From Raillietiella orientalis (taxonomy: Eukaryota), in contig JAYWIR010000006.1 of assembly GCA_036172245.1 (NCBI GenBank), positions 4,650,001 to 4,714,000 of the forward strand: DNA of 64,000 bases. The letters run 5' to 3'. A program made the position numbers and the translations under genes. The notes beneath the pieces are model-generated. The model worked only from the letters and a program-made list of their open reading frames with translations. It was not told where the DNA came from and searched no databases. Shown here one piece after another: positions 37,650 through 48,400 of the stretch (position 1 is the stretch's first letter; each line of letters opens with the position of its first letter).

Positions 37650-40588
37650 TCAAGGATCACAAACCAATCTACTAAGATCCATGTACCAACCATTCTCTTG
37701 AGACAGACGGTTTTTAATTTTCCGCATTAGGAAGGGTATTTTTTCATGATCTAGCATTCTGTTCCATCGGTTTAAATTTAGTGGCACTACCAAAATGCCC
37801 TCTGCTTCCAGATTACGTAAATCAAGGACCACTGGTCCTTTAATACGGTTGCCATTATGCAGGAGGTGATGGCGATGTATACACAGAATACCCACTCTGA
37901 GAGATTTGCAAATGCACAGGGTAAATGTATAATCAATGAGTACATACCTGTGATAATCTGAAAGATGAATATCTTGCAATGAAAAAGAATCCTGGAAATT
38001 GATTCTGGTAAAAGGGACAGGATCATATCCACGAGAGTATAGCAACAGATGGTCTGGTATAAAAATTGAATTAAAAAATCGTTTTACATGCAAAACAATC
38101 GGGGAACATGCTATGACATGACAAAAATACAGGCATAGGAATCCACTTATGATATAAAGTGACCAGATTCAATGTTTTTTGGTTCTGAATGCAATCCTGT
38201 AAATTTCGAAGTCACTGATTAATTCCAACTATTAACAATACTCGAATTCACTCAATTCACTCATTCATTAATGTGTGGGTTGCAATGAAATTGTTAGAAA
38301 ATAGCCCTTTCTAAACATTACGAAAGCCTGCTTTCTCAAGCAGGAATTATCACTAGCACTGACAAATTGCAAATGATAAAAAGACTCGAAGTTAATAAAA
38401 AAAATTGAATACACTACGGATAAAAATAAAAAAATCCATGATTCTTGATGAGGCCTCTGAATTTCTTCAAAATACAAGGAAAAGTACTAGTTGCTACTTT
38501 AATTACACATTCAATCACACGTCCATCAAAAAATTAGTCCTAGAGCAAGCAGACATGACTAACAAAATTACCTATAAATATTCCTAATTGACTGCAGACA
38601 CCAGATCTTACATAGTCTGCTGACTCCAAAACAGAATTCAGAGCATATTTCAAGGAATCTGATGGAAAATGATAAGGTGCAGCCTTTTCAGTCATTTGCA
38701 AAAGCTCTGAAATGCCACTATGATAACTGCAACCATGAGCAAGCATAGTCTGGTGCATTTGCAGGATGCGCCAAAGTTGTCCAGTTGGTACTAAAACATA
38801 AACAGAATCTCATGACAAGTGATTGTACTCTTACAATCACCAGATCTAAATGCTGAATAGATCTTATCAAAATACATTTGAATCAGTTCACAATCGAAAA
38901 CTCCTAGTATGCCCAAATCTTGTGCCAGAGTTAGTTTTCCTATATCCACCAAGTGCTACTGTAAAGGTAATAACACACAATGCATATGAGAACTGCAGAG
39001 CACCTTACGTAACTCAGTTTCTTGAATTTTTTGTAACAACTCATCAAAACCACATGGCTTATATCCAACAAGAGAAAATGAGTGAATAGCAGCAATCAAG
39101 CACTGCAAATCTCTCACATTTTGAATACTAGAGTGCACCAACACCTTGCACAGGTAATCCAAAAGATCAGTATTCAAATGTTGCTACAACAATGCATTAA
39201 TTTTGCCATTGGAGATATACTGACCATATAGCAAATTTGTAATGCAATACTGCATGCTACAGATAATCCTAATTCTTCCTTAACCACTTTATTACTAACT
39301 ATATCTAAAAAAATTCTGTTATAAAAGAGGCTCCGATGTTTTTTTCCTGCATGCATTGCCTTCTGCAATGCTTTTATTACTTTCCTGATATCAGTGGCTG
39401 ATATACAATCAGCAGATGTTATTAGTTGTTCAAACACTAGATGCAATAGCCATTCTTGGTTTTCAGAAAGCTGCTCATAATCAGACAACGATTGCACAAA
39501 ATTCACTGCTTCAAAAGGTTTCACTCTAAGATCATGCTTAAAAATACAAGCAATTAGTTTGTCAATTTTCTCAGCAGATATTCGAGCAGACAAAGCATAT
39601 CTCAAAAGTGGAAAAAGTTCTATTGGTTGTTCATAGTAGAACTCATTCTCTAATTTAATTTCAAATACCAAAGGAATTGCTTTCTTCAAAGCTTCTGTTA
39701 AGGGACAGACATCTAATTTATCCATAACTAATCCCAAGTGGACCAACTGTTGCAAACTTAGTGAATTTATTTCATGACGCACCATCTGAAGAAGGCCTTG
39801 AATCAAAGGATTTTCTGTTGGTATTTTCAAATATGGCACCATTTTTAATAAATCTACTACTTCGCTACTTCCGAGAAAGCAAAGTTTTTTTTGTAACTGC
39901 TGGCAGAGCCTAATGAATGTTTCAGGAAACTCTGGTTGTTGCTTGTATACTGCACTTTCACTTAAAAGAAAAACAAAACCAAACATTTTTTTGCAGAAAC
40001 GAGAGGTCCCGCACATTAATTTATTATCTAATTCCCTCAGAAAAGCATTCATTATGCACACGTTAACACTTTAAAAACAGCATGCTAATGACCAAACAAA
40101 TTTATGCTTCAATACCTATCAGTTTTGGAGATTTCATTTAGAAGGGCGAATGCTTTAAACAAGTGTTGACTATTCATCGTCTGACGATGATTTTCTATTA
40201 GTTCAAACAACTTATCAATGGTTTTTACTTCCTGTAATGAATTCATTAAAGCATCTTGTTCAAGACCGGGATGGCCTAACTCTGAAAAACAAAGCTGTGT
40301 GAAAACAACAAATTTATGTATAGAGTTTTACTTCATACATGTACGTTAGAATGCATATTTCAAGCTAATAACATGATAGCATTTTCAATACTTTCATAAA
40401 CAAATTACATTAACACAGATTGCAAATCCATAATTACTTAATTTTCGTCGTACTTTTTTTTAAACCTATACAACACAATTACCTGCTTTGTTACTTCCTG
40501 AAACATAGGAAAGCTTAAAGATTCCGAGAGGAGCGAAATACTCAAAGCGAATTGTGCATCGTTTGCAGATTGACACATTTAATGCCAT
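37650..40588 (-). CDS. FASTKD1: FAST kinase domain-containing protein 1-like (mitochondrial, C-terminal RAP domain), about 8 exons
   Basis: Exons read DALMNSLQEVKTIDKLFELIENH..MNSQH; LLQMVRHEINSLSLQQL...PLTEALKKAIPLVFEI; LGIFIDHLLL; and RAP-like GPVVLDLRNLEAEGILVVPLNLNRWNRMLDHEKIPFL. Short GT-AG introns keep the frame. The start codon and exon 1 are less certain. Confidence 0.8.
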
Positions 40589-41925
40589 AATATTTCTTAT
40601 AGCTCTTAGAGCTGTATTCATCACAAATACTTCACTTAGCTCCACTACCGCAAAATATCTTTCGCACGGTGCGAAAATTCAGGCAGTACCAAATTTCCAT
40701 CCAACAGTGTTTTCAATGCATAATAAGGATAAGAATTAGTGTGCCAACATGGTATATTAAAGACGATTAGATTTAAAATTGCTTACAAAAATGTTCGAAA
40801 ATTCTCCTGAGAGCTGCAAGGGAATTCTGTCAACACCGAGTGTCAATATTGATTTCTAAACATTGTTATATTTTGCACATATGAAATGTTTCCTTGTTTT
40901 TGCTTTGTTCTTCAGCTCAGTAATATTTAGATCAAAACACTGTACTATTTAAAAAATATTTATATAACTCAAAATTCTGCACCCTAATTGCACTTGGCAA
41001 TGAAAGGGACAATTTTCTTCAGAACATATGAAGATTCTAGGAACCATCATTCACTCTGGTGCACAACAACGATTCTATTCATCCTTCACGAGACAGAAAA
41101 CCGTGCAAGGGAGACATGGCCAAGTGACGCTTACAGGACGTGAGCCCTCCTGCACGAGCAGTAGGAGGCAAAGGAGGCCGGCCCGGAGCAGCGAGAAGTC
41201 CATTGTAGCTGTGAGTCAGTTCTAGAACGGGATGGAAGAACTGAGCCGCACGGGCACGCTCTGCAGAAGCACAGGTTGCTTCACGCTCCTCATCCGTCCC
41301 GCATCCCGCATCTATCAGCAAGTGAAGGGAAGTCCTGCACAGCAGAAGGCAGACCGCAGTCCGGAAGACAGACAAAGCTCCTCGGAGGCGGTCGAGCTCC
41401 ACGAGTAGATCGAGTGCGAGAAGATACGGCAGCAGAGACGCTTCCTTTTCCACAGGAAAGGAGGAATACATAAAGGTCCCAAGCACGGAATCCTTTCACT
41501 TTGTAGCCGAATCATCATCTGCCTCGAGTTGTTGCGCAACGCGTATAGAAAAAGCCCGACGACTGTGCCCAGCTTGTGCCCCCGCACGCCTGCCTTGGTG
41601 GCTTGCGTGAACTCTTCTAGACGTGTGTATCCTGACAGGATGGGTAGCTGCTTCCCATTTCCGAGTACTGAGGGAGATACTGAGAGCATGTGTGCAAGAA
41701 GGTGTAGTCGACGATAGCGCTCTGGCAGTGTGGGCGGACTCGACCCTCTTGGCTTTGTCCGTGAGCGCTCGGAGTTACCTCATGCCTTGTGCTGGGGGGA
41801 AGTTTTGGCCCTTAGTGTACGGGAAACGGAGGAGACGCTGCCTTCTAAAGACAGGGGTTGCCTTTCAGGCGGACGGCAAGCTGATCTCGCGAGCCTCTTC
41901 GTAGAACACCCTTCTTCGTAGAACA

Positions 41926-42778
41926 GCCCGCGTCAGAGGCCTTCTGGTTAAGGCTTCCGCGGGTGGCACCATGCGTCGCGGGTTCGAATACTTCGGCAGA
42001 TAACTGACGCCACTCCGTCGTTTGGGTTCCGAGTTTCTCCTGCAACGGCGCTGGTTGGCCGAGACATTCGGGCGTGGCACCGGCGGTGGATAAAGCCGGC
42101 GGCCTCCCGATGAAGGCCGGAACAATGGGAGTCGACCTTCGGGTCCTCCCAGGAATAAAGGAGTGGGGAGTTCCCCCTCCTGTGTGCAAAGGAGAGCGGA
42201 CCCCCGTCACCGGGGGACCGCCTCCGGTTTCAAGATGGAGCAGGAGCCCTCACGGGCACCTCTCCAGTTGTTCAAAGGGGCGGACCCCCTGTTGGGGGGT
42301 CCCTCCGAGTTGTCGCCTCTCCAGAAGAGTGCAAGGAAGCAAGCGAGAGCGATCCCCCTGCAGGAAGCTGCAGGGCCCCTTCTGAGTTTCGGGAGCATCC
42401 CTTCGGGGGTTGTCTTCAGAGGAGTGAATAAAGGAGCGGTTCCCTTGCGGGTTCCCTCCGGAGAAGAAATTCCTACAAGCGGATCCTTTCCGGGTTCCCT
42501 TCGGAGAAGTTGAAATGGAGAGGACACCACCCCATTAGGGGGGGGTGCTCCTCCGGAGAGAATGAGGAAGGAGATTCCCTTCGGGGTTCCCCTTCGGAGA
42601 CAACCAAGGTGGGAGGTGCGATCCCCCCGTCCAGGGAGGATCCCTCCCCAAGCGTGGGAGGAACGGACTCCGAGCCCTTCCTGGATTCATAGGGCGGACC
42701 TCCATCCCGGGGTGCCCCCTATCCTGAAGAATTACACGCCCCCCTGCGGGTTGCCGTGGGTGGAGGGGCGTGGAAACA
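41926..42778 (+). mobile_element. Long tRNA-derived SINE copy, 5' complete, 3' truncated, 15-bp TSD
   Basis: Head GGCCTTCTGGTTAAGG (A-box-like) and GGTTCGAATAC (B-box-like). Aligns with 60430-61235. TAGAACACCCTTCTT occurs at 41902-41916 and 42779-42793. Confidence 0.85.
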
Positions 42779-42859
42779 TAGAACACCCTTCTTGACACGG
42801 ATCCTTCTACCGCGTTTTCTTTCCTCTGATCCTACCGAACTTCGCGACCCATATTCTTT

Positions 42860-43050
42860 TTAGGAAAGTCCTGAGCGCTTCCAGCAGTTCGAAGACGCGT
42901 TGGAAGCACATAGTAGGCTGACGTCGGGATACGCGTGCAGAGGGTTGCTTTCCTTCTGGTGGCACAGTGCAGAGACGAGCACTGTCTTCGAGAGCGCCAC
43001 ACTTTCGGACTTGCAGTGGGCTTGGTCTTGTGACGCGTAGGAAAATGATT
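42860..43050 (-). mobile_element. Possible hAT (Charlie/SPIN-like) transposase remnant
   Basis: SALCHQKES then FQRVFELLEALRTFL resembles hAT ALC.EM.S....(RWLSRGKV)LQRVFEL.EE.R.FL, but the diagnostic RW motif is not preserved. Confidence 0.35.
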
Positions 43051-44059
43051 TCGGGAACCTGCTAATGAAGAGAGAATGATCAGTCGACAAAGTTCCGCTA
43101 TTTCAATATCAGCCGTTTTTGTTACTCTTAATTCTTCAAAACAAGCAAATGAAAAAAAAAAATCGGAAACAATTTGTTTGTTATTTTCACATGTGCAAGG
43201 TTTCGCCTAGCAGGATGTGTCAGCTCCGATCGAAATGCCAAGGAATAAAGATCATGAGCTCTGATTCGTAATGAAACATATTTTTTGGATGGGTGTAGTT
43301 TGTGCTTGAACTGGGAGATTATTAGCGCCTGTTGTGACGGAGCAAATAGTTGTGGGGCAGTGGCATGTCCACTACCCACAACGGGAGTTCGATGCGATAC
43401 GCTTCGGCTCCTCCGAGTGGTGAGTGACCCGTTTGTAGAAGCAGCATCTTTCCTCCCCTCCCGTTCCATTGCTTATCTGCTGAAGACCACGCGTGGTTGA
43501 ACTCGACTGCAAGAGCTCTTCGCTAGAACCATGCAGCAGCCTCCGTTGCCGACAGCGCGCACAGCAGGAATGTTTTCTTGGAAGGCTTCGGAGGTATAGA
43601 CGACAACCAAGGAATTTCTTGAGGATAAATTTCGACGCCGACCTTCACTATTATTACTGTCATCATTACTCCCTTTCTCGAACGTTACCAAGGGCACGTA
43701 GGAGAGCCGGGCGTGGTCTTTGGAAATGCGTTTGGTGCTCCAAGCCGCCTGTGAGGCGCAAGATAGTGGCTGAGACCCGCTGCTCGTCCGAAGGAAAAAA
43801 GGAACGGGTCCAGAATTGTCGCAAAGCACGACGTTGAGGAGTTCCTATTCTCTCAACGAATCCCGTAGTGAGGAGTCTGAGAAGGCACGCCGGAGAATGG
43901 TGCGCGTCATTCCGTTTGCAGCCGCTCTTCGCCGGCAACGTGGGAACCTTCTTCCGCTCTGCAAGCGGCGCTGCGTGTGCCAGGCGGCAGGCACTCGGCA
44001 AGGGTGCACCCTACACTCGCGAACTCTGTGGCACGTGCCTGCTGAGACCCGTGCTGTCA

Positions 44060-44350
44060 GCCACGAGGCTGCATCCTCCGCGTGTGGCACCGAGCGTTGC
44101 GGGTTCGAATTTCCAAGTGGAGGATCGACGCCAGAGAAATAAGTGCGCCGCGGGTTCGAGTTCCCCCCTCAAGAGAACGCTGGTTGGTGCACGGACTTGA
44201 AGTGCGGCACTGGTGGAAGCCCAATGCCCCCCACTGAGTGGCCGGATTGGGAGTTGACCATCCAGGAATCAAGGAGTCGGTTCCCTCCAAGGTTCCTTCC
44301 CAAGAGTGAGAGGAACGGATTCCTTCCTCTGGAGCTCTTCCTGGATTTTG
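44060..44350 (+). mobile_element. Short, diverged member of the tRNA-derived SINE family lacking most of the middle hairpin block
   Basis: TCCGCGTGTGGCACC...GCGGGTTCGAATT head, CCAGGAATCAAGGAG, then a direct jump to CCTTCCCAAGAGTGAGAGGAACGGA...TTCCTGGATT. Confidence 0.7.
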
Positions 44351-44727
44351 CGAGCTCCACGGTGGGTGCAAAGGCAGCGTACTGCAGGGGCCACTCCTTG
44401 CGCAAAGACCTATGGGCTTGTCATGGCACATCGGGCGAAGCAGAAAGCGCTGCAGGGAAGCTGAACGACGCATTCGGCGGAGGATCCGAAGATCAGCTGC
44501 CAGTCGGATCTACGGGAAGCAAAGATTCCTCCTGAAAACATGAAGTCCCCTTGAGACTAAGATAGCAGCTGCAGAACCCCTAGGCATGGACTCGGAAGCC
44601 AAGGAGACTGGCACCCGGACGCTTGAGGCACAGGGCAATGTGGAAGTGTGGTCAGGAATCTCTACGTGGAATTCGACCTTTGACCGAGAGCCCCGGACGA
44701 AAGGTTCCACTTCGCTTCCACTGGAGT

Positions 44728-45450
44728 GTTTGACACCCGGTTCCGCCAGGGCATTTATTTATATAAAATAAACACACACGTCTGTGGCAGGACGTTCGAT
44801 CTTGCGACGTTACTTATGAATACGAGAAGGAACCTGCCGAGAACCGGCACGCAAGGCAACGGGGTCTCCTCGGCAGCACAGGGGAAGGGGAGACAAACAA
44901 AAAGAAAAAATAAAACAAAAAGCATACAATCAAAAAACGTGGGGATGGTTCGGGAAGGGATCATTGTTTGCTGGAGGGTGTCCTCTGCATCCTTGTAAGG
45001 ATGCCCGCAAGTTCCTGTTTCACTGTTTCCAGATGGGGCGATCTTGACGCTGTGCTTAAAAACAGGGCCACAAAATACATGGCGTCCTTGTCGTTCAGGC
45101 CTTCTCTGGCGTTGCACCATTTCGGTCACGGTCGCGCTGCGTGGCACAAAGTGCTTCTGGGGATGCGGCCGGCGTGATGGCGTCACGCTGGAAGGGGCGC
45201 TTCAAATCGTCTTTGGAGTTGTCCCACAGTGATCCGCAGGGATGCGGAAAAGAGTTCCCACAAGGGATTGAGGGCAAGACAATCCATGGGCAGGTGCGTG
45301 AGAGATTCTCTTTCTCCGCACCCGCTGCAGTTCGGGCTCACCTCCTCCCCCGGCTCCAATGATGTGCCACGCTGGAGTGGTGGGTTCACACGAATGTGTA
45401 ACAAGCGGCGTTGAATGCTGATGTGGGGTCCTACCACAGGAGACCACATG
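44728..45450 (-). mobile_element. Tx1-like retrotransposon 3' fragment
   Basis: PNCSGCGERESLTHLPMDCLALNPLWELFSASL, shared UTR, terminal AATAAATGCCCTGGCGGAACCGGGTGT. Confidence 0.82.
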
Positions 45451-48400
45451 CTCCATTCGGAGAAGCTTAGGATACGAGGATGAAATGACCGCGATGTATA
45501 TAGATACGATTTTTCATGGGATCAAATTAAATTTTATATAATTCAAAATATATAAACTGAGTACAAGAAAATAGCAAGGATTTACTAATGCCTATAGTAA
45601 GAGGAAACAGACATTAGAAACCCTGGAATAAATAATAGATTTATATTACTTGCTGCATGCAACTGAAGCTGGGAAAATCAACTCAAGGTCAAATCTCTGT
45701 AGCAGCTTGCCACCTCCCTCTTCAAAGCACTGCCAGGAAGTAGCATGCTGCTACTGCTGCTGCACAGCATTCCCAGCAGGCTGCCCTCTTCCACAAAAGC
45801 AGCCTGGAATCGGCATGTTTTGCGTCAACCGCAGAGACAACAATCTATCGAAAGCCCTTCACATCCCCTCACCCCCACGACAGCATTGCAGAATACCCGA
45901 GGAAGATCCAAATGCACCGCTTGCCAAACTCACAACTCTGAGACACAGAATGGCGAAGGAAAAACGTAAGCCCCGGAGAACTCTCCGCCGTTCACTTGCA
46001 CGGCAGAGAGGGAAACGTCTGCCTCCTCCCCGCAGACAATCGGGTCGAATCCTTGGCAACCCTCCCAATCCATGGCCCGCCTTCTCAAGGTGGGCTGGAC
46101 GCTTGCGCCAACAACTCATCCCATCTCACTCCGCTCCTGCACTTTTTCTTTTCCCGGAAACCGAAAAGGCAAGCGATAGGGCAGCCGCTGGAAAAGTTGC
46201 CTGCCTTTTGCATGCAGCCGGCTCCTTCGAGTGCCTTGTCCTGAAAATCCTGACCGGACACTACACCCTAATGTCCCCGCTAATTCACACGCCGGATTCG
46301 ACTCACGCGTTGCCATTAGGACGTAATGGCGCGCTTCCGGTTCGACGTGAGCAGCAGCCATTTTACTTTGTTCCAATTTTTCACGTTTCTGTCACATGCG
46401 CTGGAGGAGCAACTGGTGCTCCCGCGTTCCCGAAATCGCACGGGCCCTTCGTTACGAAAGGAACCTGGATCGGATTCAGCAGTCAACTGGAAGAGTAATC
46501 CCCTCGAAACGAGTCTTCGGGAAAGCAAACTCCTCAACTAGGGAGTTGAGGAAGATCCAATTGCAGTTGAAGTGCAAAAGAGCGAACTTCTGCAGTGGGA
46601 GTTGACGATCCCGTAGTGAAACGAGAGAGCTGTGGGGTCGAAACTCGCAGGTGAAAACGCCACTGTGGCAGCCGCGTGGCTTGGGAAGGCGGCCGTGTTC
46701 CCGGCCCGCTGGGGCCCTTTTGCCCCCTACCTTCCCCGTGCGAAAACAACAACGCTGGGTTCCTTCGGATATCGCACGGACCTCGCCAATGCCACCAGGT
46801 CCGAGGTGAAGAACTGGCGATCCTACATTTCTCCGCAGCCTGCGGAAATTCACAAGCGGTGTCTTTGTGGAAAATCTAGACCGTGAGGAGGGGGAATGGG
46901 AGCTGTGAACTTGCAAAGCTCACACGATTACCTTCCATCTCATGCCTTGGAACTCCTGACAAACCTTCCTATTCGCTTGACGATGCTCCTCTGAAGAAAA
47001 ATATGCTGGCAAATTGGTGACCGCAGGTGATTTTTCTTAGTCCCCCTTGCCGAGCATTCGGAAATGAGCGTCTGAGAGGCCATTAACAACTTGTGCACTT
47101 TCATTCCTGGGCCCCGTTTTGCAAACTTCGCGCAAGTGGGGGAATGAAGGGAGAAGGGGGGGTTGCTTTTGTCTCTACTCCTATCGTTTGCTACTTCCCC
47201 TAGACATCCACGGGCACTTTGAACTTGAAATCCCGAAAGCACTTTCCCGTGTTCCAAAAAACAAAAAAAGAGGAAACGTTCTCCAAGAGCATACCTTCAC
47301 TGCAATGCCCTTAGAAACAGACTCCTCTGGTACTAAGAATCTTTGCTTTCTGTTCCTGAATTCAAATGCAACCAAGCAATTTTATTGCACCTGTTCCGAA
47401 CGGAAAGTTCATTGTAAACTTTCAGCATTTCGCCTCTCTTGCAGATGCAAGATGGGCTGCATCTTTGCCGAAAAATCTTGGAGTGCCATCCGATTTGTTT
47501 TTCCGAAAGAGAAGGGGGAGTAGGGGAGGGAAAAGGAAGGAATTTTCTTTTCTGGTTCAAGGAATCAGCTATCACCATGATGAGCCACGGCGCACTTGCG
47601 TGGTTCGAAAGAAGCGCTCCAGTGGAACCGACATCATCTTCAGGAAGAGAAAAATGCAATAAGCTCTGGTGTCACCGGAACGCATGTAGTCCACCTCCAC
47701 AGTAACCTGCAAGCGGAGCAGATCCTTCGGACGGGGGTGTATGCACGACGCGCTCCGCTTCCAGGACCATCCCTCTGCCAAGGCGACCGCCACCACTGTT
47801 GACTCGTAGAACATTCCAGTGCTCCAACGGGAAAGAAAGCATTTTCAGCAGAATTTCTTCAGCCGAGGAGCTTCTTCGGCAGCTCTCCCCTTCCTCAGCC
47901 GAGAAGGGACTTATGGCCCCTGTGCGTGTGTTTTTTCTCCCCTGAGTGAGCCGGTGTTTTGCTGAAACGCGTTCGGCTCTTGTGTCGGGACACTTTGCCT
48001 CGCCCAACTTGCCTCCGCCTTCACGAGCTCGGTGCGCTTCCTGGGTTCGCTGCCGCGAGGGTACATTGCGGGCGGAGGTGAAGCTCATTAGTGGACGGAC
48101 GTCTGACCACAGACGGGCCCCACAAACGGCGAAACACACATACCTTACGTCGTCTAACGATCTCTCTTTTCCTGTGCAAAAACATTCCTGTCACTAGGGA
48201 GGGGGTTGGTGCACTCCCTTGGGCTCGCAGAAGGGCACAGCTCCTCGAGTGGGTGGAATTCGATTCTTCCGATGCACCGGCGACGGAAGCGAGGGCCGGA
48301 GGAGTGGGGTAACTGCGGTCCTGACTTCCCCTTCTCCGCGCACCTACAGTCGACTTTCGCAGGAGGCTGAGGATGCCGACACCTTTTTTTCTTTCCCCTC

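Noticed and set aside
41100..41800. Possible decayed RT on the minus strand (FPVEKE..LLPYLLALD)
   Set aside because: Resemblance to the QGxPLSP region is too weak to support without a profile search.
41926..42000. Possible real tRNA-His gene
   Set aside because: Acceptor and anticodon stems do not pair properly, and the sequence is the head of a dispersed repeat.
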